A DNA stretch of 64,000 nt, taken from Rikenellaceae bacterium. Its GTDB lineage: Bacteria > Bacteroidota > Bacteroidia > Bacteroidales > UBA932. The position numbers and the translations under genes were made by a program. Each line of letters opens with the position of its first letter. Position 1 is the first letter of the stretch. Below are positions 19,355-28,881 of the stretch, in pieces. The notes beneath the pieces are model-generated. The model did not search any database. It had not been told where the DNA came from and worked only from the letters and a program-made list of their open reading frames with translations. Location of the stretch: contig JALFCH010000033.1 in assembly GCA_022771245.1 (NCBI GenBank), positions 2,347-66,346 of the forward strand, read 5' to 3'.

Positions 19355-22300
19355 ATGAAAGCCATTTTTTATAAATTTTTGGTCGGCTTAATCTGCATTT
19401 CTCTGTCATTCAATTCTTTAATATCCTCAGCTGAACAAATGGGGGAGGCAAGAGTTGTTAGCGGCAAGGTTGTAGATGAGAATGGTCAGCCTTTGCCCGG
19501 AGTTGCAGTTTATGATGCTGACAATACGGGTTCCGGAGTTTTGACCTCTGAAAACGGCAGTTTCACAATCAAGATTTCGTCATCCTGCAAGGTTCTGACA
19601 TTTTCCTGTCTGGGTTACAAGACCGAAGAGGTGGATGTCGGCAAGGTGTCGGTGGTAAGGCTCGTTCCTGACTCTGAGACCATTCAGGAAACAGTAGTTA
19701 CGGGTATATTTACCCGGCGCAAGGACAGTTTCACCGGAGCTGTGCAGGCTCTCACCTCCAATGAACTCAAGAGGGTGAGCAACAGCAACGTAATCGAGTC
19801 CCTCAAGAATCTTGACCCTTCACTTCTCGTTGTGGAGAATCTCAGTGAAGGTTCAAACCCGAATGCAGTTGCCTCAATGCAACTTAGAGGTGCCTCTTCG
19901 CTTGCTTCGGAAACCACTTCCCTCAAATCGGATTTTCTCAACGATGGCAATTCGCCTCTTTTCATCCTGGACGGATTCGAGACCACGCTCACCAAGATAA
20001 AGGATATGGATATGAACCGCATCCAGAGCATTTCCATTCTGAAGGATGCGTCGGCAAAGGCAATCTACGGTTCCAAGGGAGCAAACGGAGTCATAGTCAT
20101 AGAAACCAAGGCTCTGACCAATGAAAGAACCATAGTTTCATATACCGGAAGCGTGAATTTCGAGGCCCCGGACCTCACCAGTTACAATCTCTGCAATTCC
20201 CTTGAGAAACTTGACATAGAACAGAGGGAGGGATTCTACACTTCAGATGAAAGCGATATCCAGGCTTATGCACAGATGCTCTATAACGAGAGATTGAAAA
20301 AGGCTCTGGAAGGGGAGGATACCTATTGGCTTTCCAAACCTCTGAGGCTTGGTGTGGGAAACAAGCACTCTCTCACCGTTGAAATGGGAACCAAGGCTCT
20401 CAAGGCTATGGCAAGTTTCGCCTACAACAATGTGCAGGGAACTATGAAGGGTTCTTACAGAACTGTGGTTTCTGGAGATGCCAACATTGCATATAGAAAA
20501 AACAACTGGACCTTCAGGAACATAATGAGTATTATGTGGAACAAGTCCGAAGACTCTCCTTATGGAAGTTTCGATGAGTATGCATCCCTTAATCCTTATT
20601 ACAGTCCCCTGGACGAAAATGGCAATCTCAAGAAAGTCCTCTTTTCGGGAAAATATGGTACTGAGAGTGATTCCTTTGTCGGATCCAGTATGGCTGTAAA
20701 CCCTATGTGGAATGCTACCATAGGCACAAAATACAGCAGCGGATACCTTGATTTCACTGACAATTTCTACGTGGAATACCAGCCTTTCAAATTTCTCAAA
20801 ATGGTGGGACGTTTCAGCGTGGACACTCAGAGAACCGAATCCGAGAATTTCAAACCTGCAGACCATACGGATTTTGCAGATATGACGACTGAGGACCAGT
20901 TGCTCAGAAGGGGAACCTATGATATATCCAACGGCTCCTACACCACATTCTCAGGTGATATATCCGCTCAGTTCAACCACAAATTCAACGATCTGCACGA
21001 TATCTTCGCCACGGCCCAATACAATATATCCCAGACCAGATACAGCACGGTAACACACTACACAGAGGGATTTCCGAACAGCAATATGACCAATATCACC
21101 TTTGCCCGTCAGTATGCTCTGGACAGCACTCCTACGGGAGGGGACGGTCTGAACCGCAATCTCGGTGTGATGCTCACGGCCGGTTACAGTTTTGACAACC
21201 GCTATATGGCAGATGCTACTGTCAAGGGCAGTGCTTCTTCGGTATTCGGAACCAACCGCAAATGGGGATTGTTCTGGAGTTTCGGTCTTGCCTGGAATAT
21301 CCATAATGAAAAGTTTATGAAGGGGGCTTCATCCTGGCTCCGTCAATTGAAACTGAGGGCATCTGCCGGTTCTTCCGGTAATCAGAACTTTGCGACCAAT
21401 GTGTCCCTTCCGGTCTATTCATACTACAATTCGAATTATTACAACGGCTTCAGCGGAGCCATACTGTCCAATATGTCCAATCCTTATCTGGGTTGGGAAA
21501 ACAAAATGGACTATAACTTAGGTGTTGATTTCCGTACCAACAGGCTCAACGCCACTCTCGACCTCTATATTGCAGATACCAACAATCTGGTGTTCTCCCG
21601 CAGTCTTCTGCCTTCCACGGGATTCCTGACCGTCAACGACAATCTCGGGAAAGTGCGCAATCAGGGTGTGGAAGTTGGATTGAGTTATATACTCTATCAG
21701 AAGGGCAGCAGTTTCCTCAGCATTTTCGGAAAAATGGCTTTCAACGACAATCGCGTGCTTGAAATATCTGAAGCACTGGAAGCCTACAACAGGAAGCAGC
21801 AGCAGGAGGCTAATAAAATCGACGGTGCGACCACCGTCATTCAGTATTATAACGGAATGCCTTTGCACTCTATCTGGGCAGTTCCTTCGAAAGGTATTGA
21901 CCCTGTGACCGGCAGTGAGATATTCGTGGACAGAAACGGAAAACTTACCAATATCTGGAGTGCTTCCGATTTGGTGAACTGTGGCTCATCCGATCCGCTT
22001 TTCAACGGTAATTTCGGTCTTTCTGGAGAAATCAAGGGCTTTGGAATGAACCTCGTCTTCACATTTTACGGTGGAGGATACATCTACAACAGTACCTTGC
22101 TCAACAAGGTTGAGGGAACATCCCTTGACGGAAACGTTGACCGCAGAATTTTTTCGGGAAGGTGGTATTACGCCGGGCAGGAGGCCATTTACCGTAAGGC
22201 CTTCGACAACGACATAGTCACCACCAAGGCCACCACCAGATTTGTCCAGAAGAACAATGTGCTGAACATATCTTCCATTTCAGTTTACTACGACCTGCCT

Positions 22301-22450
22301 GTGAGATTTCTTGACAAAATCAAGATGGACAGACTGAGACTCACATTATATGCAAACGATTTGTACACCTTCTCGTCAATAGACATTGAAAGGGGAACGT
22401 CATACCCGTATGCAAGGTCCTTCTCATTATCTCTCACAGCCACATTCTGA
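19355..22450 (+). CDS. SusC/RagA-family TonB-dependent transporter
   Basis: CarboxypepD_reg-like NTE (VSGKVVDENGQPLPG), TonB box ETVVTG, PLFILDG, ILKDASAKAIYGSKGANGVIVIETK, C-terminal YPYARSFSLSLTATF. No STN domain. Confidence 0.96.
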   Translation: MKAIFYKFLVGLICISLSFNSLISSAEQMGEARVVSGKVVDENGQPLPGVAVYDADNTGSGVLTSENGSFTIKISSSCKVLTFSCLGYKTEEVDVGKVSVVRLVPDSETIQETVVTGIFTRRKDSFTGAVQALTSNELKRVSNSNVIESLKNLDPSLLVVENLSEGSNPNAVASMQLRGASSLASETTSLKSDFLNDGNSPLFILDGFETTLTKIKDMDMNRIQSISILKDASAKAIYGSKGANGVIVIETKALTNERTIVSYTGSVNFEAPDLTSYNLCNSLEKLDIEQREGFYTSDESDIQAYAQMLYNERLKKALEGEDTYWLSKPLRLGVGNKHSLTVEMGTKALKAMASFAYNNVQGTMKGSYRTVVSGDANIAYRKNNWTFRNIMSIMWNKSEDSPYGSFDEYASLNPYYSPLDENGNLKKVLFSGKYGTESDSFVGSSMAVNPMWNATIGTKYSSGYLDFTDNFYVEYQPFKFLKMVGRFSVDTQRTESENFKPADHTDFADMTTEDQLLRRGTYDISNGSYTTFSGDISAQFNHKFNDLHDIFATAQYNISQTRYSTVTHYTEGFPNSNMTNITFARQYALDSTPTGGDGLNRNLGVMLTAGYSFDNRYMADATVKGSASSVFGTNRKWGLFWSFGLAWNIHNEKFMKGASSWLRQLKLRASAGSSGNQNFATNVSLPVYSYYNSNYYNGFSGAILSNMSNPYLGWENKMDYNLGVDFRTNRLNATLDLYIADTNNLVFSRSLLPSTGFLTVNDNLGKVRNQGVEVGLSYILYQKGSSFLSIFGKMAFNDNRVLEISEALEAYNRKQQQEANKIDGATTVIQYYNGMPLHSIWAVPSKGIDPVTGSEIFVDRNGKLTNIWSASDLVNCGSSDPLFNGNFGLSGEIKGFGMNLVFTFYGGGYIYNSTLLNKVEGTSLDGNVDRRIFSGRWYYAGQEAIYRKAFDNDIVTTKATTRFVQKNNVLNISSISVYYDLPVRFLDKIKMDRLRLTLYANDLYTFSSIDIERGTSYPYARSFSLSLTATF

Positions 22451-22454
22451 TACA

Positions 22455-23948
22455 ATGAAAACTCTAAGAAACATATTATACGGAACGCTCCTTATTCTGG
22501 GCCTGTCTTCTTGCGACAAATGGCTGGAGGCCACATCTTCATCACAAGTGTCCGACCAGAAGATGTTTTCCACAAGGAACGGTTTCCACGAGGCACTTAC
22601 GGGTGTTTACATATCTATGGGTTCCTCCGGTGCCTATGGCCGCAACTACAGTTTCTATGTGAACGAACTTTCGGCAGTCGAATGCTACAACAGTTTGGAT
22701 GCCACCGCTTTCAGGTACATACAGAACCATCAGTACAACAGCCAGTACATCTACAGTGTATTTGAGGAAATGTGGCAGTCCGGATACTTCAGCATAGCCA
22801 ACATCAACAAGATACTCTTTGAACTTGAAAACAGGCCTGATGTGGTGGTGGATAATGTTGAGCGCAATCTGATAAAGGGGGAACTGCTTGCTCTGAGGGC
22901 CTATATACATTTCGACCTTATCAGGATGTTCGGCTTGAGTTCCTGGGACGGGGAGAATGCGGACAAACTGACTGTTCCTTACGTCACCGGATACACCCTC
23001 GAAATAACGGAGCAGAAAAGTTACAGGGAAACTTCCGAACTCCTCCACAAAGACATTGAAGAGGCTGTGAAATGTCTGGAATGCGACCCGGTCAGGGGAG
23101 TGGTCAGTGACGATTTCTACGAGACTGTCAATACTGACGGATATTGGAACAACCGTCTCAAGCATATGAACTATTATGCCGCAAAGGCTTTGGAGGCAAG
23201 GCTATGGCTGTGGGAGGGCGATTACACGAAGGCGGATGAAGCTGCAGCAGAGGTTATAGACAATGCTCTCGACGGAGAATATCCTGTCTTGAACTGGGTG
23301 GATGCAGAGGCTATTGTCAAGGAGACTTCCAATGACAACAAGGACTGGACTTTCAGTACGGAACATATTTTCAGCCTTGAGGTGACTGACCTCTATTCTC
23401 TGACAAACAACTATGTCTTCGGAAGTTTTGCCAGCCAGATTATGGTCCTGGATCAGCAGATAATCGAAAACTCTCTTTTTGTCAGAAGTACGGACGGCAA
23501 AAATGACGGGGCTGAAGATATAAGGGGATATGCCATGCAGCTGAAGTATCTGAACAATGGTTATGTGTCCTACAAATTCTACAATTCCACATCCCACAAT
23601 GCCGCTTACCGCAACCGTATCCCTATGATAAGGCTTTCCGAGATGTTCTATATCAGGGCAGCGGCGGCGCTTGTCAACTCCGACACAGACACAGTTGCAG
23701 ATTGTCTTACCCAGGTGATGCTGCACAGGGGGTACACGGATATTGAAATAGATTATCCGACTGCACTGCTCAGCCTGGAAATCCTCAGGGAATTCATAGG
23801 AGAGGGGCAGCTTTTCTACTGGGCGAAGATGAATCAGAGGCTTGGTCTGAAGTTGCCCAACTTTGGGGGCGTATATATGGAAAATCAGATTGATATGTAT
23901 CCCTACCCTACAAGCGAGACATCTTACGGGCACATTCAGGAGAGATGA
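22455..23948 (+). CDS. SusD/RagB-family lipoprotein
   Basis: Lipobox LSSC; GELLALRAYIHFDLIRMFG, IRLSEMFYI, REFIGEGQLFY. ATG at 22455. Confidence 0.95.
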   Translation: MKTLRNILYGTLLILGLSSCDKWLEATSSSQVSDQKMFSTRNGFHEALTGVYISMGSSGAYGRNYSFYVNELSAVECYNSLDATAFRYIQNHQYNSQYIYSVFEEMWQSGYFSIANINKILFELENRPDVVVDNVERNLIKGELLALRAYIHFDLIRMFGLSSWDGENADKLTVPYVTGYTLEITEQKSYRETSELLHKDIEEAVKCLECDPVRGVVSDDFYETVNTDGYWNNRLKHMNYYAAKALEARLWLWEGDYTKADEAAAEVIDNALDGEYPVLNWVDAEAIVKETSNDNKDWTFSTEHIFSLEVTDLYSLTNNYVFGSFASQIMVLDQQIIENSLFVRSTDGKNDGAEDIRGYAMQLKYLNNGYVSYKFYNSTSHNAAYRNRIPMIRLSEMFYIRAAAALVNSDTDTVADCLTQVMLHRGYTDIEIDYPTALLSLEILREFIGEGQLFYWAKMNQRLGLKLPNFGGVYMENQIDMYPYPTSETSYGHIQER

Positions 23949-24748
23949 TTATGAAGAATAAAGTTACTATAGTTTTAGCCTTAGCCTGCCTGGCAGTTGC
24001 CACGGGCTGTTCCAATGAGCAGATGCAGGCTTTTGACATAGGGGATTCTGCTGTTTATTTCCAGAGCAGGAGCAATACCTATTCCCTGATAGGCATAAGC
24101 GATGATGAAATCGAACTCAGCATTCCGGTGAAGATGGTGGGTCCGAAGGCTGATTATGACAGGGAAATATCTCTGAATGTGAAAGACTCTACGGCTGTCC
24201 GGGGCAAGGATTACGAAATTGTAAGTTCTATGGTTGCAGCCGGTGAACTCAATGGAAAGGTGGTCATCAGGGTCAAGGCTTTGCCTGAGGATGTGGAAGA
24301 ACTCTATATGAAACTGGAAATAGTCCGTAACGGGCATTTCCCGAATACTTTCTACAGCAACAACGCAACCACGGTGGGATGGACTGCTTCCTATTCCAGA
24401 CCTATGTTGGAAGTCTGGAGATATTGGTACCTCTATTTTGCACCTTGCTACAGCAAGGCTATGCACAAGGTCATAGTGGAAACCCTCGGTGTGGATGTGG
24501 ACAAATATACCTGCAGCAGAATTTACGTGGAACAGAATCCGGAACTGACATACAAGCTCCCAACCTGGTGGTATTCTGCAAACCGCAAACTGCGGGAAGA
24601 AGTGGCCGCCTATGACAAGGCTCATCCTGACAACCCTCTCAGGCACAGTGCTGACTTCGAAAGATTCAACAGTTACAATGTGGCAGTGGGCGAAGGGACC
24701 AAAGAAGAAACGCTGCCTACTATTCTTTCAACCCTCAATGTCTATTGA
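23945..24748 (+). CDS. DUF4843-like lipoprotein
   Basis: Lipobox ATGC; IPVKMVG...DREI...STAV.G.DY Ig-like domain; P..W...YF..YS motif; position directly after SusD. Confidence 0.7.
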   Translation: MIMKNKVTIVLALACLAVATGCSNEQMQAFDIGDSAVYFQSRSNTYSLIGISDDEIELSIPVKMVGPKADYDREISLNVKDSTAVRGKDYEIVSSMVAAGELNGKVVIRVKALPEDVEELYMKLEIVRNGHFPNTFYSNNATTVGWTASYSRPMLEVWRYWYLYFAPCYSKAMHKVIVETLGVDVDKYTCSRIYVEQNPELTYKLPTWWYSANRKLREEVAAYDKAHPDNPLRHSADFERFNSYNVAVGEGTKEETLPTILSTLNVY

Positions 24749-24749
24749 T

Positions 24750-26288
24750 ATGCGCAGAACCGATATATTTGCTGTCGTTGCCGCAATGCTGACTCTCTTG
24801 TCCTGTTACAAGGACCTCAGCACAGAGGCCACTATGTCCATACCCGAAATAGTTGTCACCGGTATGCCGGAAAAGATAGATCTGGTATGGGGTGATGAAA
24901 TAAATCTGACGGTACAGGTCAGTCAGGAGGGGCGCAGTGAAAGCGATTTCAGCTATCTCTGGGAAATCGACTTCTTTCCTTCCAGTTCAAAAGAAAGAAT
25001 AGAACTGTCTGATGAGCCGACAGTCATCTACAAGGTATCCAATACACCCTCGGACATTCCATACATACTGTCCCTCAAGGTTACTGACAATACCACAGGA
25101 GTGTCCAAAATCTGCATTTCAAAGGTATATGTCGGCACATCGATGGGTGAAGGTGTGCTTGTGGCCCATACGAGGGACAATGGAAAGACCACCGAGTTCG
25201 ATATAGCGAAGGACAAATCAATCACCTACGGCTACGAGGATGATACAAAATATACCCGTGGACTGTATTCTCTCGCCAATGGACAGCCTTTGGAAGGAAG
25301 AGTGCTGTCAATGGTGGAGACTGCCTGCACCAACGGAGCTGTTTTCAATACCAACAAAATCTTCATAGGTACGGAAGAACATATCATTACTGTGGATCCC
25401 CTGAACTTTCAGAGGACAGGGATAGATGAAGAATTGTTCAACAATACCAGTCTGGACAACTACTGCACCACGGCAATGTTCAATTACGGAGGTTATTCCA
25501 CCTGTGCGGTCATAAACGGAGTTTTGTACGGAATGCTCTGCAATATAGACTCGGTGTTCTCCAAGGTGGCTTTCACAAAGTCTCCGCAGAATATTTTCGA
25601 GGGAGGAAACTATGGATATTATGCCCTTGACCAGGGATGTCTTCTGATTTTCAACAGCAATGACTCCAGATTCTACTATTTGTACGGATGGATGCTCTTG
25701 TCTTCTGCAATCAGTGAACTCGATGCCTCCTTCGCTTTCGATGCAACCGGTGCAAAGGCATTGGGAGGTGGAGCCATCAAGGGAAATTATCCTTGTCTTC
25801 TGATGCAGGCTGCTGACGGCAAATGCTATGTCTGCGGTTTCGACCCTTCTTCTTCAGTTGTGACTCCGTTCACTTATCCGGTTCAGGGCACCGTGCCTTC
25901 GAATCTGGTGGGAGTGGCATTCTGTGACAATGCAGACCTGCTCTATATGGCCACTGAGTCAAAAATCTATTCTGTGCTCATTACCGGAGGAAAGGCAACG
26001 GTCGAGGCTCTTAGCTGGGCTCCGGATTCCTCTGACGAAAAGATAACGGCCATCAGACATTACACACAGGGATGGTACGGCACTCATCAGTACTATTATG
26101 CCGACTATCCGTTCAAACTTTCCACAAACAGGACACAGATGCTCATAGTCACCTACAATGAAAAGACGGGGGAGGGCAAGATTTATATGCGTCCGTTCAA
26201 TGTGAGCACCGGAAGGTTCACGCTCAAGTCTAATTCGACTCTGAAAGGTTTTGGAGAAATAACAGCGATAACAACCACATTCAAGTAA
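24750..26288 (+). CDS. PKD-like family lipoprotein with probable beta-propeller
   Basis: Lipobox LLSCYKD; PKD-like FSYLW...LKVTDNTTG; YS.ANG..L.G motif; C-terminal GFGEI. Confidence 0.7.
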   Translation: MRRTDIFAVVAAMLTLLSCYKDLSTEATMSIPEIVVTGMPEKIDLVWGDEINLTVQVSQEGRSESDFSYLWEIDFFPSSSKERIELSDEPTVIYKVSNTPSDIPYILSLKVTDNTTGVSKICISKVYVGTSMGEGVLVAHTRDNGKTTEFDIAKDKSITYGYEDDTKYTRGLYSLANGQPLEGRVLSMVETACTNGAVFNTNKIFIGTEEHIITVDPLNFQRTGIDEELFNNTSLDNYCTTAMFNYGGYSTCAVINGVLYGMLCNIDSVFSKVAFTKSPQNIFEGGNYGYYALDQGCLLIFNSNDSRFYYLYGWMLLSSAISELDASFAFDATGAKALGGGAIKGNYPCLLMQAADGKCYVCGFDPSSSVVTPFTYPVQGTVPSNLVGVAFCDNADLLYMATESKIYSVLITGGKATVEALSWAPDSSDEKITAIRHYTQGWYGTHQYYYADYPFKLSTNRTQMLIVTYNEKTGEGKIYMRPFNVSTGRFTLKSNSTLKGFGEITAITTTFK

Positions 26289-26289
26289 A

Positions 26290-28881
26290 ATGGAAATGAA
26301 ATATTTGAGAAATATTGTTTGTGCACTTCTTTGCTGTCTTGTTCTGGGAGGGTGCCTTTCTGATGCTTCTGCAGCGCCCCGCAGGAAAAAGAAGGCAAAG
26401 ACGGAGCAGAAGGACACGGTCAAGAAAGTTTCAGCCTATGAGAAATTGCTGAAAGGGGAGAAACTGAAAGACGAAGGTTTCATAACCGTACATCTGAAAG
26501 ACGGAAAAGTCTATTTTGAAATGCCGGATTCCGTGTTCGGAAGGAATCTCATAATGGGATCTACAGTCAAGAGCATAAGCAACAATGCGGATGCCGTCGT
26601 GGGTTCCAAGAATGACCTGATTCATTTTACCTTCACCCGCAGGGACACCACCGTGCTTATGCGCCGTCTCAATTCAAGCTATGTGACGGATGACGGCAAC
26701 ATCAAGTCAGCATTGTCCAAGAGCAAGACTTCATTCATTATGAACGCCTTCCCGATCAAGGCGTGGAATGCGGACAGCACTGCCTGTGTGGTTGACGTGA
26801 CGGAAGTTTTCCTTTCGGATGACAAGGAACTCGCGCCTTTCTCGGATTATGGAGTGAATGCATCATACAAGAGGTCTGAGAGTTTCAAGAAGAACCTTTC
26901 TTTCATCACGGGAGCCAAGTCTTTCGACGACAATCTCTCCGTGTCTTCGTCCGTGACCTACAACTACACTCTGACCAATCCCGTTACGGGAAAAAAGATT
27001 GTGGACAAGAAGAATATCACCGCAGAACTCAACAGGTCCATACTCCTTCTTCCGGAAGAAATCTATCATCCGCGTACAGCCGACCCGCGCATAGGATATT
27101 TCTTCACCAGGCGCAACAGATACGGCAGTCTGGTGTCCACCTCGGACCCTGTGTGGTATGTGAACAGATGGCGTCTGGAACCTTCCGATACCGCAGCATA
27201 CCGTGCAGGACAACTCGTGGAGCCGGTGAAACCTATCACCTTTTACATAGATTCCGATTTTCCGCAGTGGTGGAAACCTTATATCAAGTCGGCGGTAGAA
27301 CAATGGAACGAAGTTTTTGAGGAAATCGGGTTCAAGAATGCAATCAGGGCCCTGGATTTTCCTGAGGATGATCCTGATTTCGACCCGGAGAATATCAAGT
27401 ACAGTTGCATAAGGTATGCTCCGATAGGGGTACAGAACGCTATGGGACCTTCCTGGGTGGATCCCCGCAGCGGAGAGATCATAAATGCCTCTGTCTATGT
27501 ATATCACGATGTCATTCGTCTGATTTCCAAGTGGATGTATGTACAGACGGCTCAGGCAGACGAAAGAGTCAGGAACGGACGCATACCGGAAGAATTGCTT
27601 GGAGATGCGTTGAATTATGTGATCCGCCACGAAGTGGGCCACACGCTTGGCCTTATGCACAATATGAGTGCTTCCAGCGTCATCCCTGTGGATTCCCTCA
27701 GAAGTCCTTCCTACACTTCTAAGCACGGCACTACGACCTCCATTATGGACTATGCCAGGTTCAATTACGTGGCTCAGCCGGGAGATTTCGAAAAAGGTGT
27801 GAAACTCACCCCGCCGACCTTCGGGTCTTACGACAGATGGGCAATCAGGTGGGGATATCAGCCTGTATTCGATGTTGATTCTTTTGAGGAAGAAACGGAA
27901 ATCACCACTGATATGATTAGCGATTCCCTCAAGGCTGATGCATTCTACCGTTATGGAAAACAGCAGTTCTACGATGTGTTTTTTGACCCGAGCTGTCAGA
28001 ATGAGGATTTGGGGGACGATGTCGTGAAAGCTTCATCTTATGGAATAGACAATCTCCGTTACATAATGGACAACTTTATGGATTGGATTCCGGACGATGA
28101 AGATAGGGATTACAGCCTGAGGACGGACATATACAAGGCCATAATGAACCAGTACCTGCTCTATATGAACCATCTGGCTATGAATGTCGGAGGTATCTAC
28201 CGCTATGAGGTGCTTGCCTGTGATGCCCAGAACCGTTTTGCAAACATTCCGGGCAGCAAACAGAGGGAGTGTCTGGACTTCCTTATGAACGAATACCGGA
28301 CTCTTGACTGGTTCGACAATAAAAAAGCCCTCTCGCGTTTGCCTGTAATCGGTAAGCCTTCCTTTGCAATCAGGGATGCCATCACATCATTGATTCTCAT
28401 AGCCCCTTATCTTACGGACAAGACAGACGGAATATCCACAGAGGAATTCAGCCTGGAGGATTGTATGGACAGGGTGTTCAATTTTGTCTGGAAGCGGGGC
28501 AAACTTACTCCGGAGAGCAGGCGTCTGCAGAATAACTTTGTGCAGACCTATATGGATATGGCCGGATTCAAGTCTCCGGAAGGCAAGAAAGAGGCAATCA
28601 ACATATGTGAAGACGAGCATTGCTGTATGCTCGGACTTTCTATGGACGGACATTTCCCTTACGGAGAGTTCAAGTACGATCCGGTGAGCGGATTCGAATG
28701 GTTGCCCAGAACCATATTCAGTACGGGGCGTATGAATTCAGCCTTTGTCTATGCTGTGCTCATCAGGGCCTATGACTTTATGGACAAGGCCAGACTTTCT
28801 GCCAATGAAACTGACCGGGCTCATTATGCCCTGCTTATGGACCAGATTGCTTACAGTCTCAAAAATGTATCCGGAAAATGA
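26290..28881 (+). CDS. Secreted zinc-dependent metalloprotease (DUF5117/DUF4953, EcxA-like metzincin)
   Basis: Signal peptide; PR.ADPRIGYF, RWRL, KPITFYID, DPRSGEII, intact HEVGHTLGLMH (27628-27660), Met-turn SIMDY. Confidence 0.92.
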   Translation: MEMKYLRNIVCALLCCLVLGGCLSDASAAPRRKKKAKTEQKDTVKKVSAYEKLLKGEKLKDEGFITVHLKDGKVYFEMPDSVFGRNLIMGSTVKSISNNADAVVGSKNDLIHFTFTRRDTTVLMRRLNSSYVTDDGNIKSALSKSKTSFIMNAFPIKAWNADSTACVVDVTEVFLSDDKELAPFSDYGVNASYKRSESFKKNLSFITGAKSFDDNLSVSSSVTYNYTLTNPVTGKKIVDKKNITAELNRSILLLPEEIYHPRTADPRIGYFFTRRNRYGSLVSTSDPVWYVNRWRLEPSDTAAYRAGQLVEPVKPITFYIDSDFPQWWKPYIKSAVEQWNEVFEEIGFKNAIRALDFPEDDPDFDPENIKYSCIRYAPIGVQNAMGPSWVDPRSGEIINASVYVYHDVIRLISKWMYVQTAQADERVRNGRIPEELLGDALNYVIRHEVGHTLGLMHNMSASSVIPVDSLRSPSYTSKHGTTTSIMDYARFNYVAQPGDFEKGVKLTPPTFGSYDRWAIRWGYQPVFDVDSFEEETEITTDMISDSLKADAFYRYGKQQFYDVFFDPSCQNEDLGDDVVKASSYGIDNLRYIMDNFMDWIPDDEDRDYSLRTDIYKAIMNQYLLYMNHLAMNVGGIYRYEVLACDAQNRFANIPGSKQRECLDFLMNEYRTLDWFDNKKALSRLPVIGKPSFAIRDAITSLILIAPYLTDKTDGISTEEFSLEDCMDRVFNFVWKRGKLTPESRRLQNNFVQTYMDMAGFKSPEGKKEAINICEDEHCCMLGLSMDGHFPYGEFKYDPVSGFEWLPRTIFSTGRMNSAFVYAVLIRAYDFMDKARLSANETDRAHYALLMDQIAYSLKNVSGK

